From assembly GCA_030704615.1 (NCBI GenBank), contig CM060731.1:88598001-88662000 (forward strand): a DNA stretch of 64,000 bases, read 5' to 3'. Both the position numbers and the translations under genes were made by a program. This DNA is from Takakia lepidozioides. Lineage: Eukaryota; Plantae; Bryophyta. Below are positions 53,414 through 64,000 of the stretch, in pieces (positions within the stretch are counted from its first letter, which is position 1; every line of letters begins with the position of its first letter). The notes below the pieces were generated by a model. The model was not told the origin of the DNA. It saw nothing but the letters and a program-made list of their open reading frames with translations, and made no database searches.

Positions 53414-54042
53414 TTGTTCACGTCATGCATAGCTGTCAGAAGTCTCGTGATGTCGTTCCCAGGATCCAGAACCATTGCCTCCACAACACAATGCTTGTCC
53501 TTGTCTTTTGAATGGTGTTTCGCAATGTACCCCATCCAAGCTAGCAGGCGATGGTTTCCATCCCAGACATAGAACATGTGGTTGCAGAACTGTTGGGTGT
53601 TATTTCCCAATAGCAGGGAGTCCTCGAACTCGTCATTGACATCCTTCCAGCACTCATCCCAGTTGTCCGTTATCTCCGGACTCACTTTTGTGTTGTTACC
53701 ATTTGTATCCTTCAGTGAGACGTAGAAAACTTGTGCACCCATTCTGTATCCGTGCACGAAATTTGTTTCCAACTTGGTAATGTCATGCGAAAGTGGAGGA
53801 CGAACAACAGGCATTGAGATCATCCGGCAGAGAGGGATTTCAAGATGTCCTCCGGAGACGATCATGTCCCTACTAACCTCCTGGGAATTTACCTTCTGAT
53901 ATGACATAAGTTCTTTCACCTTGTCAAGGTAGTGCAATTTAGGCTCGTCTGTGTCTTCGTTGTTCTCAGAACTCTTCGTGGAGTCGTCCTCTTCTACAGA
54001 GCCCTTTGCTTCTGTTCATCCCTGCTTAGACTTAACATTTTT
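53414..54042 (-). pseudogene. ParB/Sulfiredoxin-like domain exon
   Basis: LEIPLCRM...VRP...DITKLETNF.HGY...FYV...MFYVWDGNHRLLAW...VEAMVL...LLTAMHDVN follows the ParB N-terminal pattern. The GxxRxxA arginine patch DGNHRL is at 53545-53562. Confidence 0.8.
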
Positions 54043-54106
54043 CTGCATGCCCAAAACCCACAAGAGCAACAATCAACTGGTGTTCAGGAAACAAACATTT
54101 TTAAAC

Positions 54107-55528
54107 AGTGATGATCGGTACCGATCATCACTTTGTCTTATAACAAATGAATTGGAAATGCAGGTGGTCTCCCAATGCAGGTTCACACAATTGACAATAC
54201 ACTGCGATGATCGGTGCCGACCATCGCAATCAACAATTGAAAATCATGCACAAAACACGTTTGCCAAACTCAAATGACAAACGAAAGTCAATGAATAGTG
54301 ATGATCAGTACCGATCATCACTTTCTGCCTGTTAATTTGAAGACTTCAGACATCCGGTTTTCCTTTGAACATTTGAACAGACGATCAGCACTATCTGCCT
54401 TTCAAAATGACAAACCCTAAAGCTCCCAATCTGATTCAGGATAACAGTGATGGTGCGAGCATGCAAGGTTTCCTAGCCCTGTTTCTTCCCTTCAGGATTC
54501 AGTTGTTATCAAAATTTGTTCTTCACTTGCATGCTATACAGATTCCCGAGCTTTCAGAAAGTGATGATCGGTAACGATCATCACAACCGGACCTGCCCTG
54601 GGATTCAAACACCCAGGAGGTCTAGATGTGATGGTCGGCACCGATCATCAGTTTTTTGCAGAATCCCGTCTTTATCTGTATGGGCTTTTTAGCAAAAAAA
54701 AATGGACATGGAAGCGATCATCGCCACCGATCATCGCTTTTCTAAGACTGCTATTCCACCAATTAGGTTCCATGGACCTTTTACAACCTACAACTTTTCA
54801 CTTAGCAAAGGGTTGGTTTCCTCGTTTGGATTCTGTGATCAGTTCAGAAAGTGATGATCAGTACCGATCATCACAATCAGACTGCCCTGGGATACACACC
54901 CATGAGGTCTGAATGTGATTGTCGGCAGCGATCATCACTTTCCTTGCAGAAGTAGGCCATTCACTGTATAAGCTTTTGTGAAAAGGAATGGACTTGGAAG
55001 CGATGATCGCCACCGATCATCACTTTTCTATCAACGCAATTCCTCCAATTAAATGGAATGGACCTTGCACATCATAAAACTTTTCAGTTTAGAAAGTGTT
55101 GGTTTGCTCTTTTAGATTATGGGGTAAGACCAAATCATTTCAGAAAGTGATGATCGGTACCGATCATCACATTCAGACTGCCCTGGGATGCACAACTGCC
55201 CAAGTCTAAATGTGATGGTCGGCACCGATCATCACTTTCCTGCAGAACCACGCCATTGCTAGTCTGAGCTGAACAACAAGGGAAAGGACATGACAGCGAT
55301 GATCGGCAGCGATCATCCCTTTTATGTCTTCTACGAATTAAGTTTCCTGCCCCTGTTCCATCACTATCAATTTGGCCTACACCAAGCACTGACAATGGTG
55401 ATGGTCGGCACCGATCATCTCTTTTGTCGTGAAACGCATCATTGCCTGCCTACCTGCCTTTCCTCAATGTGCTGAACTACAGCACTAAGGAGATTACTTT
55501 GTAAACCGATGATCGCCACCGATGATCG
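54107..55528. repeat. Intronic array of 14 palindromes (consensus GTGATGATCGGTACCGATCATCAC), including a ~290-bp higher-order repeat
   Basis: Copies start at ~54107, 54203, 54297, 54561, 54628, 54712, 54851, 54915, 54998, 55147, 55212, 55296, 55398 and 55507. Copies 54107-54132 and 55147-55170 are perfect palindromes. Confidence 0.95.
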
Positions 55529-57836
55529 CTTATCCCACATCATCCGAATATCAGTAAAGAGGAAGAAGAGCGGGTGAGACCACTTACAAATCCCTTCGCC
55601 TTCTTCGGCTTCGTGGCGGCATCGCTTGGATCGCCCTCTTCTGCTTTCCTCTTCCCTTTTCCATCGGTCTGAAAACATGATACACCATGTTCTTGAGTTG
55701 CACATCAAAGGGAAAGCATCCACAGCTAATGAAAACAGTAGTATGTGGATATGGAGTGCTCACCATTTCTGTCTGATGTAGGGTTCGCAGACTTCCACCC
55801 TGTATGATGTCCTCTGCTCCTCCCACGGTTATCTTTTCTTCATGCAAGAACTCGGCTGGCATTGTCTGGTTACCTACGCTCACTGCTCCCTCTGTTGCTA
55901 TAACAGCGACAACCTCACTCTCACTTCCTAAATGCTCTTCTTCTGGACCTGTGTCCACGTTCACATGCAGCCGAAGCCCAACACCATCTTGCAAGCGACG
56001 CCTCGTTATTTGCTCTCTTGATCTGAGCCTCTCTCTAAGGGAAGTAAAGTACAATGACTTCCTTATCTTCCGAACCGAACAAGGAACCCTCTCTAGCTTG
56101 ACTACCTCTCTTCCTCATATTTTTATTTTACTTTGTGGAGGAGGTTTAACTTTATAGACTGCAATAATTAATCTGTTTTTTTATTCAAACTAAATTCTAA
56201 TATTAACCCTTGATTTCCCAAGCGACCTGAATCAGGTCTCGGTGAATTTTCCCTTCCACCTAATTTCAACATATCTACTCTGATGGGGCCACTCCTGAAG
56301 CTTTATGGACAATGAATTTGTTTGGCATATGATGCAAAAAGAAAAATTAAGGAAAAAAACAAAAGCTACAACCTACAGAAAATATCTAAGATAACTACGT
56401 CACATTTTGGGCCTGAAAAAGGCTTGTTGACTACAGATGTGGCAGGTAAACATGCCCAAATTGTAAAATTAGTACGGTTAGTAAAATTAATAAAATTGTA
56501 AAAAACACTTCACCTTATGGTGTGTGAGCTACGTACACATATCCACCGCTGGCTTTAAGAAAATTTGTAGAAAAAAAAAGTACTTCATTTGGAGGCACAT
56601 TGTCCCTTGTCAATTTTGAGATTTTAAAGTGAGAAAAACATGGATACTAATGCATCAACCCATATTAGTGTTTTGGTGAGCAAAGAAATTGGTCTTGGGA
56701 TCCCCGAAACAACAACAACAATACATGATATCAACAAAAAAAAGAAAAAGAAAAAGAAAAAAGAAAAAATTGAGGAAAATCGACACAAACTTTTCCAAGG
56801 GCGGTGCATTTAGTGCATGTTTTATCCGGGGAAGTTGTAACATAGACTTATATATTTCACACTTCTACGTAGTCTCCTCTAGGACAGAGCCAATAAACTG
56901 TGTGTTACTTCTAATAAACAGATGGTTTAATTAAGCATGATTTAAATGTTTAACGACATGTTTGGAAAGCCAGCCGCTCAATTTGAAGTTCCAATACATC
57001 ATGTCTATCCAGTAATTTGGCCATTGGCCAGACCAACCAGTGACAAATACCCACACCTGCTCAGTCTCCAGTAATAGCACTTATGCAATCATCACTTAAA
57101 ATGAGGAATGCTTATTCGTGAGCCCGCTCATGAGCTCACATGAGCCTGGGAAAGGGGCCCCATATCCGCGGATATTTCACCTATTTCCGTGTATTTCCGT
57201 CCATTCGCCTCTTGCCAATACTTATCCCATGACTGAATGACAACATCGGTCACAGAAGCCTGTTCTCCAACATAAAACACTTGTGACCCAATACGATATC
57301 CATGGACAAAGTCACCCTACAATTTAGTGATGTCGTGGGTGGGAGCAGGCCGCACGATTGGCATGGAAACCATTATGCACAATGGTATCATGAGCGTCCC
57401 CCCTGGGATAAGCCTGGCTTTGATGACATTTACAGAGTTTACTTTCGTGTTATCCCCTACTATCATGTATAAATTGTGGCCCACGTTTTTCAAGCGAAAA
57501 AAAATGTAACCGCAAAAACCAATTTCGCTGACGAAACTCTCTCACGTGAGTTCAACTTTGGACACCCTTAGCTACGATGAGTTTACACTATCGAACAACG
57601 AGACACTGCACATGGGGTCTGAGTAGATACTGAACTTCGATTTCATGTACTTGCGGGGGCACTCACACCGTTTTCTTTTCCAATTGAGTGGAAGTATGAT
57701 GGAAAACCAAAAGATATTTTATTTCAAATTTCATGTTTTCTTCATGTATAATTTCCGTTTTTTTTTTCATTTGATGATATTTTAAATATTTTAAATATTT
57801 TATTTTGGATGTCCTATTATTTTTTCTTTATTGCCT

Positions 57837-58016
57837 CTTATGTGGGTGTTGACGCCCACATAATTCCTGGACCTCTCCCGCAAGTCCTCCAATGACACAA
57901 AATAATAATAATAATAATAACTAAAATTTCATTTTTTTTTTAAAAATGTGAGGACTTATGTGGGTGTTGACGCCCACATAATTTGTGGACATCCCGCAAG
58001 TCCTCCAATGACACAA
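57837..58016. repeat. Direct duplication of a ~63-bp hairpin-containing unit
   Basis: TTATGTGGGTGT-TG-ACGCCCACATAA...CCCGCAAGTCCTCCAATGACACAA at ~57838 and ~57956. Confidence 0.85.
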
Positions 58017-58449
58017 TAAAAAACAAAAATTTGCGGGAATAGGTCTGTCTTTGTCCTCGGGTATAGGCCCTCTTTCTAATACCGCACCACTCTGCGCTCA
58101 CGACCACTAAGCGGCCCTATTGACACCGTAGAGTCCATGTCCACCATACACAAAAAGTTGAGGTGATCAATTTGACATTGTCACTAAAGGATGCAAGAAC
58201 TCTCAATCTCTTGCTACGCTCACATTAATGCATTAGCTCAAAACATGTGCTTATTTAGGCTCAAATTTGTAATGAAAACAAAAACTCAGATTTCTCTTAT
58301 CTCGTCAATCCTTACTTGTTTAAGTGGCCTTTCATTTCTAATAGGATTTGATCATGTCAAGTAATGCAAGACATATTTGTGTTGCATAATAAGGTTGCTT
58401 ATAGATGAAACAAAGTGAGGTCTTGTTCTCATACTGCCTGACTTTGTGT

Positions 58450-58841
58450 TTGGACAATATCATCTTAGCCATCGAGGCCTTACACTTTAATGCCCATCCT
58501 CTGGTCAACCTCTCGCGGTAGTCATGCTTGAAAAGGCTTTTGACAGAATCAACTGGCCGTTTTTAATGGGGGCTCTTCAAACGATCGGTCTCCCTCATTT
58601 CTTTACCTCCTGGGTCTGTCTCCTCCTCTCTTCTGCCTCCAGCCGTGTTGTTACCAATGGTCATCTTTCTAAACCCTTCCCTCTTGAAAGATCTGTTCGC
58701 CAAGGCTGTCATCTGTCCCATTTTCTTAATTTTCTCAATGTTGTTGTAAATTGCCTTGGCTATATTTTTGATGGTTATCCGATGATTCAGGGACTAGCCA
58801 TCCCTCGCCTGGGTGCTATATTCAATTTTAACATCTCATGT
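58450..58841 (+). mobile_element. L1-like LINE reverse transcriptase fragment, cut by the gypsy LTR
   Basis: DNIILA...LEKAFDRINWPFL...LQTIGLP...WV...SSRVVTNG.LSKPF.LERSVRQGCHLS are canonical non-LTR RT motifs. Confidence 0.9.
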
Positions 58842-60423
58842 TGTCGCGCACCTCACTTCGGTAAGTTCCCCTTCAAGTCATAGTTACTCGCTTTGATGCG
58901 CGCTCCTTAACTCCCAACCTGGCCACTGGGCCAACTTAGAGCTTCAGCTGCTCACCGGGACATAACGGTCCCCCTTTACTCTTCCAAAAGACCCTCCACC
59001 AATTTGGGCCTAATGGAAATTCCCTTTGGTAGATGGCAGTCCGGAATAGCTCCCCACTCCTTGGTCGCTTTCCGGCTCACTCGCTTACTCACTAGTTTTT
59101 GGTCACCAACGGGCTTGCACCGTTCTCGGGGTTACTACTCCCTATATATACTTCTGTGACTGTCCGCGGGGGTTTCACAAACAACCCTGCCATTTTATGG
59201 CGAACCACCACGAAGACCCTCGACTCCCGGTGATGAGTCGCAGCGAGTCTTGGTCCACCCACCACGGCCCCATTGGACCGTGATGAGTCCCAAGACTCCA
59301 CACGACTCCCACCACAAGGTCTCCGCCCCATGGTGAGTCCTATGCCACCCCCACTACGTCCCGCTAAGCTACCACCACCCCTTGTGGAGCCACCCCCACA
59401 GCAACCCGGTGTGCGGGGCTCCACCTAGTGAGCGCCTCCGCCTCCTTGAGTGCCTTGGGCACTCAAGGGTGCTTCAGCCCCCCGTACCTATCGCTGCCAC
59501 TGCCCCCACCATAGGGGCAGCCCCTCTTGCGTCCCGACCCCCTGCCCTCAAGGCACAGGGCCACGACACACACCCCTACCAACAGGGAGTCGATGTCCTC
59601 ATCGACTTGTCCATTTTGTAGAAACGAACATCCAAGTTGTGGCGTCCCACATCAAGGAGTTTGTTTCCATACCATGGCGTCCCATGGCAAAGAACCAAAC
59701 CCCCACTTGACTCTACTCTCCACTAGCTAGTTCAGCCAACTTCCTCCAAGTCCCGACCAAGGGTGGAGCTTCTCAAGCTCCTCCAGTGCACTCTTCTTGG
59801 CCCACTTCAAGGCTAAGGAACGATCCTCCCCGAGGATCGAATCGCCTTACTGCAACAACATTGCTTGCGACCGCTCATGATGCCGCTTTTGGCATCACCT
59901 TGAGCAAGGGTTCACCTTGAACCCCTTTTTGACTAGGAAGATAACCTTGAACCAACCGTGCGCCCCAATCACTACAATTGGGTTCGCCTTGGAATGCTGG
60001 CCTGAGGTACGGGAACACGCCGAAGCCGCACTACGACTTCGTCCCGAGGCTATACGATTATAGTACGTGAACGGTAGCACGTAGCTTCCGCGTTAGCCCG
60101 CACTACAAGGCAACCCCCTCGGTAGCGCAGTTATAGTACGCGCACTAGCACGTGAACTCCCAAAGAAGGCGCAAGTTTCTTTGCCCCTTGGATGGGAGTC
60201 ACCCGATTTCGGCACTACGCAAACACACGATTAATCCACTTTACCTCTCTCACTTTTGTAAGCTAGCAGGCATTTTACACACTAGCCAACCATACCATGC
60301 ATCATCATTCCAAACAAAATAGGACGCACAACATTTAGAAACCATTTCATTTATAATAAAATTTGTACAATACAAGTTTTTGCAATCGGATTCATGAGCT
60401 AGCTAAGCCGGGCTAAGCATGCA
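58842..60423 (-). repeat. 3' LTR of the gypsy element (~1.58 kb)
   Basis: On the minus strand a polypurine tract GGGGGAGGAAA immediately precedes TG at 60423, and the far end reads ...GCGCGACA at 58842. The 5' LTR is outside the window, so the limits are unconfirmed. Confidence 0.7.
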
Positions 60424-61022
60424 TTTCCTCCCCCACAATCCAAGGTTGATGTCCCTATCAACGCTTCTTCCGCTTTTGAGGTCGCCCTTCGAAAGCTACA
60501 ACCGCCTCGGATGCGTTTTCCATTTCTGAGGCACGCACCCAAGATGCCTCCACATGATGATAGCCCTTCCATTTCACGAGATACTCCGTTTCTTGATTCT
60601 TGAATCTCCTCGACTAAAGCACTGCCTCCACCTTGTACTCGGGTTCATTTTCATGATCCAATAGCACAGGTGGCGGATGCAACACTTGATGCCGATTCAG
60701 ACGCGCTTCATCTTTGAAGTAAGGCTTCAAAAGGGAGACGTGGAATATCGGATGCACATTGTTGTTTGCCGGCAGCTCCAATTCATACACATCCTCATTC
60801 ATAACCTTCCAGATGCGAAAGGGTTCCGCATACGGAGGTACAAACTTCGGACTCACTTCCGGAGGTAGTCGGAAATTCTTGATGTTCAACCAGACCTCCG
60901 TGCCTGTCTCAAACTTAACTTCCCTCCGCTTCCGATTTGCTTGCCGTTCATACCGTTTCCTAGCTTTGGCAATGTTGTACTTTGCGAGCTTCAACAAACG
61001 CTCGCGTTCTTCCAGCACCGCT

Positions 61023-62140
61023 CACTACAGCAAATGGGGGGGGGGGGGGGTTGCGACGCCAGCCGCGCCCCCATGCCCCGCGCGGCGCTGAGCCCGCGAC
61101 GCCGAGCCCACGACATTTTTTTGCGACGTCCTGGCATCGAAATCCCCCGCTGCGACACCATTACTACGCCCAGCCGTCGTAAGGTGGCATGAAGGGGGAA
61201 AGAGGGCCCTCGCAAAAGCGTCACTAAGGACGCCCCAACGCCTCTGCGACGCCACGACGTCGCAACAGCATCACCACAGTGGGAGTTTTTTTTTTTTTTT
61301 TTTTTTTGGGCTTTGTGGTCCTTAACTTCACAAAAGCGTCGCTGGGGGCGCCCTGTGCTGGGACGCCCAACGTTGCGACGTCAAGGGGTCGCAACGGCAT
61401 CGCCACAGGGGGTCGCAATGGTGTTGTGGTCAGCTTAGGTCCACACAAGGACGTTGTTTGGGGCGCCTGGCGGTGGGGGGGTACAACAACGGCGACGATG
61501 CTGGAGCTGGGGCTGGGCACTAAGGCTGTGGAGGTTACAACTCCCCAGCGTCACAAGAGATATCCCCTTAGAAGGAACTTGAAGGAACTTGAAGGAACTC
61601 TTTATATGTATATATATATATATATATATTTAAATTGCTTTTGTGATACATAGATGTAGCGTAGGTGTGTTGGTTAGTTTGTAGTGTCTTAGAAATGTTA
61701 TAATGTGGAGGTCTTAGGTTCAAGTATGCATTGCCTGATATATGTAGAACCATGAACATATCGCCATTAGACAGAACCGGAGTCAATGGTCAACAAGTTT
61801 TTGAAATTCAAATTTTCCCGCCTAAATTCAAATGTACCCCCTTAAATTGTGACATCCGGGCGTCGCACTTTGCGACCCCCGGACGGTGCTAATTCTGCAT
61901 TGCAGAATATGATTTTTTTTTAATATTTTTATTTTTTTTGTCTGACACCCTTGCATCGCATATCGCGGTTTCGCATATTTGCGACCCCCATTGGTCGCAA
62001 ATTTGCGACATTTTTTTGGGGACGGGCTTGCGAAGCCCGGACGTCGTAAATTTGGTTTTTTTCCCCGCCCGAAAAGGGTTGTTTTACGACGTCGCGGCGT
62101 GGCCGCGGCGTCGAAACCCCCCCCCCCTTTTCCTATAGTG
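61023..62140. mobile_element. Complete non-autonomous CACTA element inserted in the gypsy integrase
   Basis: CACTACAG...CTATAGTG termini, 3-bp TSD GCT on both sides and GCGACG subterminal repeats. Integrase coding sequence resumes on each side. Confidence 0.95.
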
Positions 62141-64000
62141 GCTACTGTTGCCGGTTCCTCAACGTCTTGGGCGGCCCAATTTGTCGACACCAGAGGTGTT
62201 TTTCCATAGACCAATACGAAAAAGGAAACTCCCGTTGCGGAGTGTTTTGTGTTATTATAACAGAACTCTGCCGCGTCCAAGTGCTCCACCCAGTCCGATT
62301 GGTCTGCCGACACGTAATTCCGTAAGATCTGCTTCACCACGAGTTCACCCTTTCCGTTTGGCTGTCCGTCGTAGGTCGGAAGGTGGTGCTCATCTCCCAT
62401 TTTCTTCCAAAGTGCCCTCCAAAATTTACTTGTAAACTTTGGATCGCAGTTCGAGACAATATCCTTCGGGAGTCCATGATGCTTGAAGACGTGGGCGAAG
62501 TAAAGTCGCCCCATCTCCTGTGCCATTAGCGTCTCCTTGGTGGGAATAAAATTGCCCATTTTACTGAACCTATCCACCACCACCATGATTGCATCGAATC
62601 ATTTTGACAGCGGCATAGCAGTCATGAAATCCATCGAGACACTTTCCCAAGACCCCTCTGGAATCGGCAAGGGTTGTAACAGCCCCGCTTGCTTTTTGTA
62701 CTCGCTCCGGTTTTGTTGGCATGTGGTGCATGTCTTGACATACTCCTTGGCCTCCTCCCTCAGTTTGGGCCAGAAATACTCTTTCTTTAAGAGTGTCGCG
62801 GTGCGCTTGGCTCCGCCGTGGCCCACAAGTGGGCCATCATGGCATTCTCTCAAGAGACTATCTCTGATCCCTCCCTTCGACACGTAGAGATGCTTTTGCT
62901 TGTATCAGAGTAGTCCCTTTTGCACGTAGAACTACGATTTAACCCCCATCCTTAAGTCCCGCATCACGGACCTCGTCATCTCATCCTTCCGGTAAGCCTT
63001 CCGGATCTTCCTTTGGAGCGCCGTCTCGCTCCTGTACACCAACATGAGCTGCTGCTTTCTACTTAAAGCATCGGCCACCACATTGTCCCTTCTCGGTTTG
63101 TACTGGATATCCACGTCGCACACCGCCAAAGTGTCTTGTCACCTAAGTTGTTTTGGGGACAACTTAGGCTGCGTGGCAAAATACTTCACCGTAACATTGT
63201 CTGTGAATACCTTCACCGGGATGGAACCAACATAGTGGCGCCAAAGCTCAAGGCAATGCACTACCGCCTTTATTTCTTTCTCGTGCGTAGGCCACCTTCG
63301 CTCCACTTCATTCAGTTTCTTACTTTCGTAAGCCACTGGACGTCCATTCTGCATAAGCACACCCCCAATTGCGAAGTCCGACGCATCCGTATGAATATCA
63401 AATGGACGGTCGAACTCCGAGATTTTAAGAACTGGAGCTTCCGCCATCCGCTGCTTCAACTCGGCAAAAGCTTGGCCACAGAAGGTGTTCCATACCCAGA
63501 CTTTGCACTTACACAGGAGGTCTGACAGCGACCCCGCGATCTTGACGAAATTTCTCACATACTTCCGGTAATAGGAGGCGAGTCCCAAGAAGGATCGCAC
63601 TCCCGGGACCGAAGTCGGAGGCTCCCAGTCCAAGATCGCCCTCACCTTTCTGTCATCCATTTTGATCCCATCCTGTGTAATCACATGCCCCAGGAACTCC
63701 ACTTTTGTGACCCCGAATTCGCACTTTGAAGCTTTGGCATACAGCTACTATTCCCGCAATTTCTGCAACACCCTTTTGAGGTGCTCCAAGTGCTCCTCCT
63801 TTGTTTTCGAGTACACCAAGATGTCGTCGATGTACACGATCACAAAGTCATCCAACCACTCCTGGAATAGGTTGTTCATTAGCATGCTAAAGGTCGCGAG
63901 TGCGTTGGCGAGCCCAAAAGGCATCACCAAGAACTCATATGAACCATATCTTGTCATGCACGCAGTTTTTTCCTCATCTCCTTCCGCCACTCGAATTTGA

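Larger units (their letters stand above)
49757..56054 (-). pseudogene. Spliced ParB/Srx-like + beta-class N6/N4 DNA methyltransferase-like fusion gene, inactivated
   Basis: Mostly phase-consistent exons: ~55764-56054 (start uncertain), 55588-55668 (TDGKGKRKAEEG...KPKKAKGF, NLS-like), 53414-54042 (ParB), 53114-53306, ~52592-53029, 52292-52507, 51239-51881, ~50785-51123, ~50388-50714, ~50102-50291 and 49757-50003. Lesions: TGA 54016-54018, donor GT>AT at 53413, TAG 52625, TAG 52420, TAG 52330, TGA 50652-50654, and a probable +1 frameshift near 52483. Confidence 0.8.
58842..64000 (-). mobile_element. Ty3/gypsy chromovirus LTR retrotransposon (3' half), degenerate
   Basis: RT ([15 protein letters not shown]), RNase H (TDASDFAIGGVL), integrase (H-H-C-C zinc finger, SMDF, VVDRFSK, GLPKDIVS), GPY/F-like block and chromodomain (EYKVEAVL...EYLVKWKGY...SW). 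Contains stops and frameshifts. Confidence 0.95.

Noticed and set aside
54107-55528. CRISPR array (palindromic 24-bp repeats with spacers)
   Set aside because: Spacer lengths are irregular (about 40-240 bp), spacers are themselves triplicated, repeats occur in both orientations, they sit in spliceosomal introns, and there are no cas genes.
49757-56054. Bacterial contamination explaining the ParB/MTase domains
   Set aside because: The gene has many GT-AG introns and an NLS-like exon, and is contiguous with plant LINE, CACTA and gypsy sequence.
61828-62140. C-terminal extension of the 252-aa integrase ORF
   Set aside because: It is read-through into the inserted CACTA MITE; the true integrase continues at 61022.
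1-64000. tRNA, rRNA or snRNA genes
   Set aside because: None recognisable by eye; tRNAscan-SE or Infernal would be needed to exclude them.

Overview
Eukaryotic, intron-containing and transposon-rich DNA. It is most consistent with a bryophyte-like land plant; this is inferred from the gene families and TE types, not proven. There are two apparently intact host genes, both on the minus strand: an unknown multi-exon gene whose 3.3-kb exon encodes tandem ~85-90 aa acidic repeats (1-8129, runs off the left edge), and a MEE22/EMB1611-like gene (37211-46008). The rest is nested mobile DNA (hAT, Mutator and CACTA MITEs, several with clear TSDs; two L1-like LINE relics; a Ty3/gypsy chromovirus), two hairpin-forming minisatellites, and decayed gene fragments including exostosin/GT47 pieces. 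The most unusual object is a ~10-exon spliced gene at ~49757-56054 (-). It fuses a bacterial/phage-type ParB/Sulfiredoxin-like domain (VWDGNHRLLAW) to a C-terminal beta-class N6/N4 DNA methyltransferase-like domain. Two of its introns carry 17 copies of a 24-bp GATC-containing palindrome (GTGATGATCGGTACCGATCATCAC), an arrangement reminiscent of ParB/parS. This copy is pseudogenised, mostly by C>T-type lesions.
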